From Octopus vulgaris (lineage: Eukaryota): a DNA stretch of 64,000 nucleotides. This document shows, piece by piece, positions 1 through 11,762 of the stretch. Under the pieces are notes generated by a model. It was not told the DNA's origin and did no database searches. It saw only the letters and a list, made by a program, of their open reading frames with translations. Numbering within the stretch: position 1 is the stretch's first letter; every line of letters starts with the position of its first letter. The stretch lies in assembly GCA_951406725.2 (NCBI GenBank), contig OX597819.1, positions 15,500,001 to 15,564,000 on the forward strand. Direction: 5' to 3'. Both the position numbers and the translations under genes were made by a program.

Positions 1-113
1 CTTTCAGGGATCATATTTAGAATAATTAAACCTTTGTATAAGTTCAAAATTATAAAAATTATTTCCCGAAATGTTATTTTAATATACCAATAGATTTTGT
101 AAGTAATCATACA

Positions 114-263
114 TTAATTGTTTAAAGTCATTTGAAGTTCATCTGTTAAAAATTATTTCGAGCACTTTACAATATTTCTGTAGAGATGTTGATGTGGTTT
201 AATGTAGCTCAAGAGCTGTGGAGAAGCTGATATACCAACATCCTTCATCTTGTTGCACAGTAA
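114..263 (-). pseudogene. Relic C-terminal coding frame of C19orf12-like copy A, now downstream of the premature TGA (probable 3' UTR)
   Basis: After TGA (264-266) the frame reads LLCNKMKDVGISASPQLLSYIKPHQHLYRNIVKCSK*FLTDELQMTLNN*. This resembles the C19orf12 C-terminus (..YVTKELRAEIQYDD). A second stop lies at 153-155. Confidence 0.7.
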
Positions 264-316
264 TCATCTTCTATTTCTAGACGTTACAAAAGCGGCAAGT
301 CCCCCAACTGCACCAC
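264..316 (-). CDS. C19orf12: C19orf12/Nazo-like copy A, last coding exon (G)GAVGGLAAFVTSRNRR*
   Basis: Polypyrimidine tract and AG acceptor at 317-318. The phase-1 junction with exon 7586-7682 rebuilds [14 protein letters not shown], matching the C19orf12 motif [16 protein letters not shown]. Confidence 0.75.
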
Positions 317-801
317 CTAAAAAGAGCAAATAAATACAATTATTGAGAAAAATTCTTCGTTGACTATCTTCATGTTAAAGCAAAGTTTCAGGGACCTATG
401 AATATTCCTTTATTATATGAAACCATTTTCTATTAAACGTATTAATATTTCCTTTAATTACAGCTTAACCATCATCATCATCATCATAATTGTTGTTTTA
501 ATGTCCACATTTCTGCTTTGTTGAGGTAGATTTTCAACTTCCAAATGCCTTTCCTGTTCCAATGGCCAGATATATCTTCTCGGAAGATTGGAAATGAGGG
601 ATATTACTAGTATGATGGCCTTGTTTAGTCTGCATCTTTTGCATGAGGTCAAGTGAAAGAGACACAAACACACCAACACAAACACATAAACAACAAGTTT
701 CTTTCAGTCCTATATTTAAGAGATGAGGCATTATGTACATTATTTACATCATTTACATTATTTACGTTTGACAGATATTTGTCCTCGTCTTGTTTGTTGT
801 T

Positions 802-847
802 AACACAACATTTCAGCTGATATACCCTCCAGCTTTCATCAAGTGTC
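802..847 (-). ncRNA. Degenerate minimal hammerhead motif in a Penelope-like repeat (C3 mutated to U)
   Basis: Minus strand reads gacac TTGATGA aagctgg..tcagct GAAA tgtt gtgtt. Same family as the intact-looking copy at 53025. Paralog at ~22237-22282. Confidence 0.35.
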
Positions 848-989
848 TTGGGGAAATTTCGAACGTGGGTTCTCATTCCTAAAGAATTTTTTTACGTTAT
901 TATTATTATTGAGTGAGAGAGCAGTGCATGTCATCGGAGTGACACTGGGGTAAAATATATGAAACCCAAGGGTACACCAGGCACATGCA

Positions 990-2495
990 TCACAACCATG
1001 GATCAGGTAATGAAGGTTACGGAGAGGGTCATAGCCCAACTGATTAGGGAGAGAGTCAGCTTGGATGAGATGCAGTTTGGTTTCATGCCAGGGAAAAGCA
1101 CCACTGATGCCATATTTCTGGTAAGACAGCTGCAGGAGAAATACCTAGCCAAAGATAAGCTCCTGTACCTGGCTTTCGTTGACATGGAGAAAGCCTTCGA
1201 CAAAGTCCTCTGATCCCTTATCTGGTGGTCAATGAGGAAACTAGGGATAGATGAATGATTAGTGAGAGCTGTACGAGCCATGTACAGGGACGCTGAGGGT
1301 TGGTGACGAGTAGAGTGAAGAATTCTGGGTAGAGGTAGGGGTCCACCATGGTTCACTTCTCAGGCCCCCTCCTATTTATCATAGTCCTCCAGGCAATAAC
1401 GGAGGAATTCAAGACAGGATGCCCCTGGGAGCTCCTCTATGCTGATGACCTTGCTCTAATTGCTGAGTCACTATCAGAACTGGAGAAGAAGTTTCAGGTG
1501 TGGAAGCAAGGATTAGAATCGAAGGGCCTTAGTGTCAACCTAGCTAAAACCAAAGTCCTAATAAGTAGGAAGGTTGACAGTTCACAAACGCCTTCAGGTA
1601 GATGGCCCTGCTCGATCTGTAGAAAAACGTAGGTAGAAACTCTATACGATGCACCAAGTGTAAGTTGTGGACACATAAGAGGTGCAGCAATGTCAAAGGA
1701 AGGCTAACTAAGAAAATAGTTTTTGTATGTGGCAGATGCTCAGGAGCAGTAAACACTGAAAATGTGCAGAGACCAACCTCCGCCACATTCCAGGGAGAAA
1801 ACCTAGAAATAGTTGATAGCTTCCGTTACCTAGGTGACCAAGTCAGTAGCGGGGACGGGTGTGCTGAAAGTGTAACTGCTAGAGTAAGAATAGCCTGGGC
1901 AAAGTTCAGGGAGCTCTTACCTCTGCTGGTGACAAAAGGCCTCTCGCTCAGAGTAAAAGGCTGACTGTATGATGCATGTGTACGAACAGCCAGGCTACAT
2001 GGCTGTGAAACATGGGCTGTGACTGCTGACGATATGTGTAAGCTCACAAGAAATGAAGCCAGTATACTCCGATGGATGTATAATGTCAGTGCTCATACTC
2101 GACAGAGTGTAAGTACCTTGAGAGAAAAGTTGGAGCTAAGAAGCATCAGTTGTGGTGTGCAAGAGAGACGTTTGTGCCGGTATGGCCATGTGGCAAGAAT
2201 GGATGAAGATAGTTGTGTGAAAAAGTGCCACACCCTAGCGGATGAGGGATCCTGTGGAAGGGGTAGACCCAGGAAAACCTGGGATGAGGTGGTGAAGCAC
2301 GACCTTCGAACTGTAGGTCTCACCGAGGAAATGACTAGAGACCAAGACCTATGGAAGTATGCTGTGCATGAGAAGACCCAGCAATACTAGTGAGACCATA
2401 ACCTGTGGCCTCTACTTGGGATGTAGCCAGTCCACTTATGCATACCCTTCCTTCTTGGGACACAAAACTCTACTTGTGAAACCTGTTGAGGCAAG
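990..2495 (+). mobile_element. 5'-truncated RTE-clade LINE, degraded RT, in intron of copy A
   Basis: QFGFMPGKSTTDAIF, AFVDMEKAFD, LLYADDL, CxxC..CxxC..HxRC insert, FRYLG, GRGRPRKTW. Contains stops and frameshifts. Confidence 0.92.
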
Positions 2496-2524
2496 TTAGA
2501 AATCAGAATCAAAATCAAAATCAA

Positions 2525-2848
2525 AATCGATCAACATCAATGGAAATTGTAGCTGTGATACCAGTGCCAGGGGCACGTAAGAGAACCATCCAAATGTGGC
2601 TGTTGCCAGCCTTGCCTGGTCTCCGTGCCGATGACACGTAAAAATCACCATCCGATAGTGGCCATTTGCCAGCCTCGGTGTCACGTAAAAAGCATCCACT
2701 ACACTCACGGAGTGGTTGGCGTTAAGAAGGGCATCCAGCCTGGTGCAGCCTCCTGGCTTCCCAAACCCCAGTTGAACTGTCCAACCCATGCTAGCATGGA
2801 AAGCGGAGGCTAAACGTTGATGATGATGATGATGATGATGATGGTGAT
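2525..2848 (+). mobile_element. RTE-associated SINE-like repeat ending in (GAT)n
   Basis: ggttggcgttaggaagggcatccagc...aacccatgctagcatggaaagcggacgttaaacgatgatg. Further copies at ~15510-15940(-), 23964-24286, 46800-47030, 51720-52105, 53180-53535, 56720-56985 and 60170-60530(-). Confidence 0.8.
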
Positions 2849-2876
2849 CTCATATCAAGATTTATTTATTTATTTA

Positions 2877-2931
<55 letters not shown>

Positions 2932-3405
2932 TGATGAAGGCTGGCGGGTATATCAACTGAAACATTGAGTTAACAACAAAGAAGACGAGGACAAATATCC
3001 ATCAAATGTAAATAATGTAAATAAGGTAAATAAAGTTTCTTTCAGTTTTTGTCTATTAAATCTGCTTCCAAAGTTTTGATTGGTTCAAGACTGAACCCCG
3101 TGTCATATGATTGTGATTAGAATAAATGGAATCAGAAATATAGTACTAATAGACATTCCACCTCATTACAAAAATGGCAATCAACTAATTTGGGAGTACA
3201 CAGGAGAAGTTTAAACATAATGAATTAATTTCAAAGGACACTTTAAAAACAAAGAGAAATCTGCAATGGCTTGCGATTTGTTTATTTATATAAAGAATAT
3301 ATACATATATAGGTGCAGGCATGACTGTGCGGTAAGAAGCTTGCTTCCCAACCAGATGGTTCTGGGTTCAGTCACGCTGCATGGCTCCTTGGGCAAATGT
3401 CTTCT

Positions 3406-3613
3406 ACAGGGTGCTCAAACAGTCTCTCCGCAGTGAAATTTTTCATCCTGACTCTCCAAGATGTATTTCATGTGTAGAAGAGTCAACTTATGTATTGGTA
3501 ATGAAGGATGACACTTTCAACACCCCTTATAAATTTTTTTAAAGTCTTGTAAAGTCTAATATATTCTTTTGTAGTCTTATACCAACTGCGGAGAGATTAT
3601 TTGAACACCCTAT
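3406..3613. mobile_element. Tc1/mariner-type MITE (~200 bp) inserted in a SINE
   Basis: TIRs tacagggtgctcaaacagtctctccgcagt / actgcggagagattatttgaacaccctata with TA ends. Only the left part survives in unit B (~24620). Confidence 0.7.
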
Positions 3614-3681
3614 ACTATAACTTTAGGCTGACGAAAGCCTTGTGAGTGGATTTGGTAAATGGAAACTGAAAGAAGCCCATC

Positions 3682-3715
<34 letters not shown>

Positions 3716-3981
3716 ATAATAATTTGCGGGAATATGATTCCAAACTTACAGGGAAAACTTCAATTTGGAAATACTAAATCAAATTTCACAAAATATAATA
3801 TATATATATATAAATTAGAAAGAAAAAACACCTTTTACCAATTCAAAATGAAAAATTAAATTACACCACATTTCTTAATCATTTGTGTATCATTTTTTAT
3901 CTAATATTTCTATTATATGTAATTTTCTAGATGGTGTAATTTAATTTTTCATTTTGAATTGATAAAAGGTGTTTTTTTCTA

Positions 3982-4035
<54 letters not shown>

Positions 4036-5068
4036 GTGTGTATGTGTGTATGTATGTATGTATGTATGTATGTATGTATGTATGTATGTATGTATGTATG
4101 TATGTCCGTATGTATGTATTTGTATGTCTGTGGTTGTTCCCCATCATTGCTTGACAACCAATGTTGGTGTGTTTACATCTCTGTAACTTAGCAATTCAGC
4201 AAAAGAGGGCAATAGAATAAGTATTAGGCTAATAAAGAATAAGTCCTGGGTCGATTCGTTCGACTAGAAGTGGTGCTCCAGCATGGTCACAGTCAAATGA
4301 CTGAAACAAATAAAGGAATACAACCACTCAGTATTAGAAAAACTCAAAGAAAGCACATTCCAGTCATTCGAAAAGTTCCAAGAAGGCTAAATCCCGCAGT
4401 CAGTAGGTTTAAATTCCTGATAAAACTGTTTTGGACAAGTAAAAACAAATTCTGTAACAGGAATGTCTTTGATGATAAATCTGTTCAATGAAGGTTGATC
4501 TGAATCGAAAGCCTGTTGCTAGATGGCTCCTCAGGAATTGAGAGGAACAGCAAATGTTGCAGTCAAATAGAATTTATCTCTATTAGAATTTACTAACATC
4601 CATAAAAATGTCGACCACTGAAATCAATGAAGTACCCTCAAATACCACACTGCATCCCACATTATTAACTACTGCACCCAATATTATTTACCTGTATATG
4701 CCATATAATCAACCACTGCATGACAGAATGCCATCATCAGCATTGTTTTAGCATCTGTTTTCTATGCTGGCATGAGTTGGACAGTTTGACAAGAGCTGGC
4801 CAGCTGCAGAGCTGCTCAGGCTCCAATTGTCTCCAAATGATAGCTATTGATAGCCATACAAAAAAACAGTATTGTTTTTTGGAAGACCAAGAGGAGGAAA
4901 TATCCCTAACCTTAACCCCAAACCCTAATTTACTAGCTGTGGTACTCAGCATTGCCTGGGAACAAAATTGTTCCTTGTATATGGGAAGAAAAAAGCAAAA
5001 TATATTGTAGAGAAACTTGCTACTTTAAATTCAATTTATTCTTCAATTGGGAAATCAATTCTGTATTC

Positions 5069-5122
<54 letters not shown>

Positions 5123-5169
5123 CATGACAAATTTGAACATTTGCACAATTTTGTTCTGGAAGAAGTTTA

Positions 5170-7117
5170 GGTTCGTGTTCATTCAGAAATGCAGCCAAGT
5201 CTGTTATGTCATAATTTGTCTCTCTTGCTAATGTGATGTCCTAATTTGTCTCTCTTGAAGTTAACTCACTTATTTGGCAGTTTGTTTTTGACTGTCCAGA
5301 GCCAGACTATTGCGAATTTCTGTCTCCCATGGCCAAAATTTGATCCTCAATTTCGATCAGTGCTTGGTTAGAAATTGTTTCAGAGAATTGAGTATTGATA
5401 TCTGGGTTTTTCCTGTCGAACTGCATACTTTAAGTCCTCACGATGTTTCATCCAAAGCTGTAGGGGACTGCCAAGTTGACACATGTTCAGTATAATTGCA
5501 AAAAGATTACGGAGGTTCCATGGAGAATCTGATAATTATGCTTCGATCAAAGCAAGGTCCCAATGCTCATCATTTTCTAAAAACAACCTTGTTGGTATCA
5601 TGCTTCCTATAAGTTTTACACACATTACCATTTACCTTCCTAAAATCTTGGAATGAATTGGGACCACGAACTTCATGCTAGAGGAGTCATAAGTATTAGC
5701 ATTCTGCTTGGCTTGAGGAGCAGACACTGCAAACGCTTGCAAGAGTGTCAGCTCATTTCCTCTAGTGCCATTTATTGTTTTTCCAGGTGTAATACTTGGG
5801 TAATTGTGAGTAAAGAAGTTTTCCTGCATCTTCACCTATTTGACACAACTTTAAAAAGGCAGTAAGAGTAATATCTTTTGGAGAAAGTGCTTGTTGCAAG
5901 GTTGTTTGTTTTGTAAAGATACCTCTGTGGCCATTCTCTAGATGGACACTCAGATGAATGATGGTTGGATGCCTCTCACGAATGGGAAAATTGAAGATGT
6001 GCCAAAACACCTCATTGATGCTGATGTATCTTCCTCTGTCATACTGTGCATCCTCATCATTTTTATTTATTTGCTGACTGCCATTCTGCATAAGAGTGTG
6101 TGTTGCAGCATCTAAACCTTTGTTTATATATTTTCAAACGTACTTAATAGAGTTAAAAGAGTTCAAGAATTCAACATTGACTCTGGCTACCTGTACTCGC
6201 CTTTGCTTCACTGTAGAATACTGATCATCTACATATGTGCCGTCTCCTCTAGTAGTGAGGGAAAACATTGTTCTTGAAAACTTTTTTGAAAATTGAAATG
6301 GGGATTAAATGAGAAAAATGAGTTACGTGAATATCTTCACAAGAGGGATTGAAATAAATGGCAGTTGTGGAATGCTCAACACACCCCACCCCAAAACACA
6401 TACATACAGTATCAAACATCAGATGAAATGGACGTGTATATGTGTGTGTGTGTGTGAGAGGGAGAGAGAAAATGAGAGAGTGAGTGCCACTTAACATCAC
6501 TCTCTCTTTGTCTCACACATACACACATCCAAAAAATATATATGCATACATGACAACACACCCCTTAACTCTCTCTCTCACTAACACACACACACATACA
6601 AAAATACGTGTGCATGTGTGACTGACTTGTGTGTGTGTGAGTGTGTGCGTGTGTGAGTGAAAAAGAGGGTGTAAACAATGAATGAAATAAATGTGAAATG
6701 AAAAAATCATATAAATAAAAGCTCGTTAAAAACTATTTTGTACCGAATATTTAAATTTGTGAACTTAGTAAATATTTCTTTCAATAATTTATCGTAGTTG
6801 TTTGCAAATAGCGAATTAAAACTTGAAATGAAAACATTAAAATAGAGAGTGAGAGATTTTGCAAATGAAAACAGAAAATTTCGCTGTTTTTACATCAATA
6901 CTGGAAGTTGATATTGAGAAACCTTTTCAAAGAGGTGAATCATATATAAAAAGCAAGATTGATTATTTTTAACGAAAAAATAATCTGAAGACCCTATTAT
7001 GTATCTGTGGTCAAATTATTCATGCATCCCAAGTGGGGAAGCAATTTGCGCAGCTGTATTTGCATGAAAAGCGAATACACACACACACACAGACAGATCT
7101 ATTTTATATAAGAAGAT
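5170..7117 (-). mobile_element. Helitron remnant with Rep-Hel coding fragments
   Basis: GRYISINEVFWHIFNFPIRERHPTIIHLSVHLENG (ORF 5762-6091), SIKYV-KYINKG near 6120-6160, LLENDEHWDLAL near 5550-5590, and a TC..TATATAAAA 5' end near 7117. Absent from unit B. Confidence 0.82.
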
Positions 7118-7585
7118 TACAGAACGCTGATTCCTAGATTTTCCAACTTCCAGCTCTGTAGTTGCAAGCATTTCTAACATGAACTTTTCCAGAAGGAAGA
7201 ACAAGCCTACAACTTGGGAAGATGTTTCTTATGGGCCGAAGCTGGAAACCCTTGGAGGACTTGCTCACGTTTCTATTGGGTTGTCATGGTTACAGAATGT
7301 TGATAACTTGTTAGCAATATATTTATATGAAAGGTCTTTGAAAGCTGCATACAAACTAACTCTCTCTCTTTGTCCACCTCTCTCTTTCTCTCTTTGTCCC
7401 CCCTCTCTTTCTCTCATGGGAATGTTGCTGAGGAGATAAAACAAAGACAGTAATCTTGAAGCCACATTAATAATGTCAATTGAATTATTACAAACCCAGA
7501 AAATATATCAATAGTAAACAATATGAAACAGCTTCATATGATGTAAAACATTTGCCAAAATGAATATACAATACTGATAACTTAC

Positions 7586-7682
7586 CAACAGCAAGACCAG
7601 TGGGCCCTAGTAATATTCCACCAAGAAATGTTGCGATACCAACTATTATCATATCCTGGACTGTAGTTGCCTCTTCGGCCAT
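7586..7682 (-). CDS. C19orf12: C19orf12/Nazo-like copy A, first coding exon MAEEATTVQDMIIVGIATFLGGILLGPTGLAV(G)
   Basis: AG acceptor at 7685-7686, ATG at 7680-7682, GTAAGT donor at 7585. The hydrophobic Gly-zipper resembles human [23 protein letters not shown]. Confidence 0.75.
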
Positions 7683-8173
7683 TTCTAAAAAAGAAAAACA
7701 AATCTTGTTGGCAATGAATTGTGTTATGAAAGAGAGAAAGATGTGTGTGTGTGTGTGTGGTTTTGTAGTACAACACCCAGAAAGAAACTAGGACTATATT
7801 CAGAGAAATCTATTAGCAAACAAAAAAAAAAAAGAAAAGCATTCTCTGCCAATAGCAGAGAAAAGGTAGAGCTAGGTTTACCCAATTACAGTGGACTTTT
7901 ACCTATCTACATTGAAGGAGCTCTTTTAAGGCACTGGACTTCGCAACATTTATGACGAGGACTTATGCATCAGGTGCAGGAGTGGCTGTGTGGTATGTAG
8001 CTTGCTTACCAACCACATGGCTCTGGGTTCAGTCCCACTGAGTGGCATCTTGGGAAAATGTCTCCTAAAAAATCTGAAGGTTCAGTAAAATTGTATTATA
8101 TACATATTAGAGGGAAGTCACTATGTGGACACCCTTATGCTAGAAATAGTCTTACCACTAAGAAATGCTCTCA

Positions 8174-8783
8174 AGCAAAACAACCAAAATGTAATTGAGC
8201 AAGACAAAAGAAAAAGCAATAAAAATATGGATTATTCGCATATATGTTTCACTATTAACATATTACGTAATTTTAGTTACATAAATGTCTGTAGATCATC
8301 GGTGCAACCATCCAGATGAATATAATTTGCAGGACTGCATACTAGGACGTCCGCACAAAGTCATATCTGTAAAGAGCTCTACCCTTTACACTCGTGGTTA
8401 CTATTTGAAATGTCCTCGTTTTGGCGCGCTAAATTACTGGAAAACTTATGCTGCAGATAATACTTTATTGCAGTGGCCTTTGCCGGCTAGAGAATGTATT
8501 AATTTAAATTTAAATTTAAAATGAGGATGAGAAATTAGATATTAATTTAATTAACATCGATTTCACACCAGTTGTAGGACTCTTTACAAATCTGACTTTG
8601 TGCGGACGTCCTAGTATTCAAATCTTCCAATTTATATCCATCTGGACGGTCGCACTGATGATCTACGGACATTTATGTAAGTAAAATTACGTAACATGTT
8701 AATAGTGAAACATGTATGCAAATAATCCATATTTTTATTGATTTTTCTTTTATCTTGCTCGAATATGTTTTGGTTGTTTTGCT
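8174..8783. repeat. ~600-bp foldback element (~200-bp inverted arms) carrying a hammerhead motif; paralog at 26097-26721
   Basis: 8174-8378 is the approximate reverse complement of 8575-8783. Confidence 0.85.
8652..8719 (+). ncRNA. Minimal type I hammerhead ribozyme (Penelope-associated type)
   Basis: gca-CTGATGA(8655)-long stem II (cta/tag, gacat/atgtt, ttatgtaa/ttacgtaa)-GAAA(8707)-palindromic ACATGT-A-tgc. Confidence 0.6.
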
Positions 8784-8949
8784 AAATTTTTGTTGGCCAG
8801 ATTTAATTTAATGTAGTTCTCAAGTTTTAGGGAATCGTAGTAGAGAAGATATGATACTGCTGTGGGCTCGCCCTAGGCAAAAAGTTCAAAATTATTTTTG
8901 CCGATGACACTCCCCGGACCCTAAGTAAGGCATGTGTAAAATTTGTAAG

Positions 8950-9433
8950 CCTAGTACTTATTCTATCAGTCTCTTTTTCCGAACCGCTAAGTTACGGGGA
9001 CGTAAACACACCAGCATCGGTTGTCAAGCAATATTGGAGGGACAAACACAGACACACAAGCATATACGCACACATATATATACATATATAAGACGGGCTT
9101 CTTTCAGTTTCCGTCAATCTAATCCACTCACAAGGATTTGGTAGGCCTGAAGCTATAGTAGAAGACACTTGCCCAAGGAGCCACGCAGTGGGACTGAACC
9201 CTGAACCATGTGGCTAGTATGCAAGCTACTTACCACACAGCCACTCATATCCCTATATATATATATATAAGATGGCTTCTTTCAGTTTCTGTCTACCAAA
9301 TCCACTTACAAGGTTTTGATTGGCTCAAGGCTATAGTAGAAGATACCTGCCCAAGGTGCCACACAGTGGGACTGAACCCAGAACCATGTAGTTGGTAAAC
9401 AAGCTACTTACCACCACACAGCCACTCCTGTGC
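8950..9433 (-). mobile_element. Tandem tRNA-derived SINE copies
   Basis: Minus strand gagtggctgtgtggtaagtagcttgc...gggttcagtcccactg with A/B-box-like motifs. Same family at 3312, 7972 and 53880. Confidence 0.7.
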
Positions 9434-10679
9434 CTCTTTCTCTCTCTCTATATATATATATATACATAAAGACAGCTTTATTGTTCAATTGTTGTGCATT
9501 GATGCATGTGCAATATGTGTGAGGTAAGCAGTAAGAGGGAGAGAGTGTGGATGGGAGGAGTGAGTAAAGCAGGCAGAGAGAGGGAGAGAGAGAGAGAGCA
9601 GGAAAGAGAGAGATAAAGACAGTAGGTATATGTGTTTGTGTGTGTGTGTATTTTCTATGGAAAACTAGGTTTCTATTGAAAGTGAAACCAATTGACTTCA
9701 TTGAAGTACAGTGATACTTCGCAGAACAAGTTTAATTCGTTCCATGACTGACCTTGCCTTACGATTTACTTGTTTTACAAATCAATTTTCCCATTGAAAT
9801 TAACTAAATTATAATTAATCTGTTTCAGTCCCCAAGAACCACTCAAAAATAATTTTTTATGGGGTTTTAAAATAGAAAAGGTGTAGTTACAAGTAAAATG
9901 ACAGTTTTCAAAAAGAGAATGCAAAGGAAATATATAAACTGGTTTTATTAACTGAAAGACCTTAAAAACAGGATGACTTGTGTGCTGTTTGCGAATTTTC
10001 TGCTCATACTTCTAGACAAAAATTTGCACGAGTCTTGGCCCATACAACAAATTATTCATACAATGGGGTACCTGTGTTGCAAAGTTCTACTGTAATTACT
10101 TTTTGAGGAAATTAAAGGGGGTGGCCTTCAAAGAGAAGCCTTGACATTGAACTATTCATGAAATTGTTATACATGAAATCAACATCATCAATATTTTACC
10201 ATATCATGTTACATTATACTCTCTTCTATGTAGTACCATAAGGACTAGAGGATACTGAATAACTAAATTTCGTGGATGTCCAATTGTTGCTATTTAAATT
10301 ACCATACCATCTTACAAAACTCATTAGGAGATCCCCTTCGATCATGAATGACCATGGGATTGCACCTAGAAAGTTACCCTCCGATGCACAAGTCCAGGCA
10401 AGATTGTTTGTGGAAGGCTAGCAGTCGCCCATGCATGCCAGCCTCCCCTCTCCATGCCACTGATGTTATCCGAGGGAAAGGCAAAGACCGATACAGCTTG
10501 GTACCAGTGATGTCGCAACTCATTTCTACAGTTGAGTTAACTGGAGCAAAGTGAAATAAAGTGTCTTGCTCAAGGACAAAACACACAGCCCAGTCCAGGA
10601 TTTGAACTTACAACCTCGCGATTGTAAGCTCTACACTCTAGCCACTGATCCATGTGCCTTCACACAAAACTCATTAAAA

Positions 10680-10718
<39 letters not shown>

Positions 10719-10870
10719 TGTTGAAATGGAAAGATGAGTTTTCTTGTTACAGATTATTCAAAAGTTTAACCGATACCTGGGTAGCAAAAATCACAGCAGA
10801 AAAAAACACGGTTGGAGATAAGACCATATGGTGTTGCAACCATGCGTTGGTGCGGATAATTGAAGTTTAA

Positions 10871-11721
10871 TATAATTAGTGAATGGAAGAAATGGAGTTG
10901 AACGAAGATCGTACAGAATTCCTTTTATTACATTCTACACATGTTTCAAAGGCCACAATTTTCCAAATTCTGATTAAATAAGGATACCATATTGCAGCTT
11001 TCTCTTCAGGAAAAACCAGGAATTATGAGTTAACTCTTGCAAGGGGAAATTACTCCCCTTAGGCGATTGGTCGGTTTTTTGTTTTTTTTAGAAGCAAACG
11101 CTGGAATTATATACCCTTATGACACTTTGACGATGTTAATTTTTAGACAAGCAGGCCACAGACAAACACACGAACACAGAATTTTTTCAGCCGCCTGACA
11201 GGCTTTTTTCAGCAGTGCTCATTATCTAGCGCCCCTCGCCAACATACGGGGGCGCACACATAAGCTAGTATACACATACATGCTTTTAGGTAGGTTTTGT
11301 CTCGCCCCTAAAAAATACACCCTGTATTCTTTAAATATTCAGAACATTAGTTTTGGTCACACAGAACATCTCCACACCCCTTGTTCTCATTAATTCCTCA
11401 CCTACTAGATTTGACCGCGGCCTGACCTGTAAGTATTCCAACGGACCTTTTGTCGGCCCCCACCAACCCCCCGATTTCAACGTACATTGATAAACAGTTT
11501 ACCCATGGGCTCTTAAGGAGCGTCCTCATTCGAATTGCTTTGCTGCGCCTCTGTTTTGTTTTGTTCTGACAACGTAATTCCTGGTTTTTCCTGAAGAGAA
11601 AGCTGCAATATGGTATCCTTATTTAATCAGAATTTGGAAAATTGTGGCCTTTGAAACATGTGTAGAATGTAATAAAAGGAATTCTGTACAATCTTCGTTC
11701 AACTCCATTTCTTCCATTCAC

Positions 11722-11729
<8 letters not shown>
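10871..11729. mobile_element. Foldback element with ~155-bp near-perfect inverted arms, inserted in (TA)n; probably Penelope-derived
   Basis: 10871-11027 is the reverse complement of 11573-11729. Absent from the equivalent (TA)n tract in unit B (~28615). The arms contain CTGAAGA..GAAACATGT. Confidence 0.8.
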
Positions 11730-11762
<33 letters not shown>

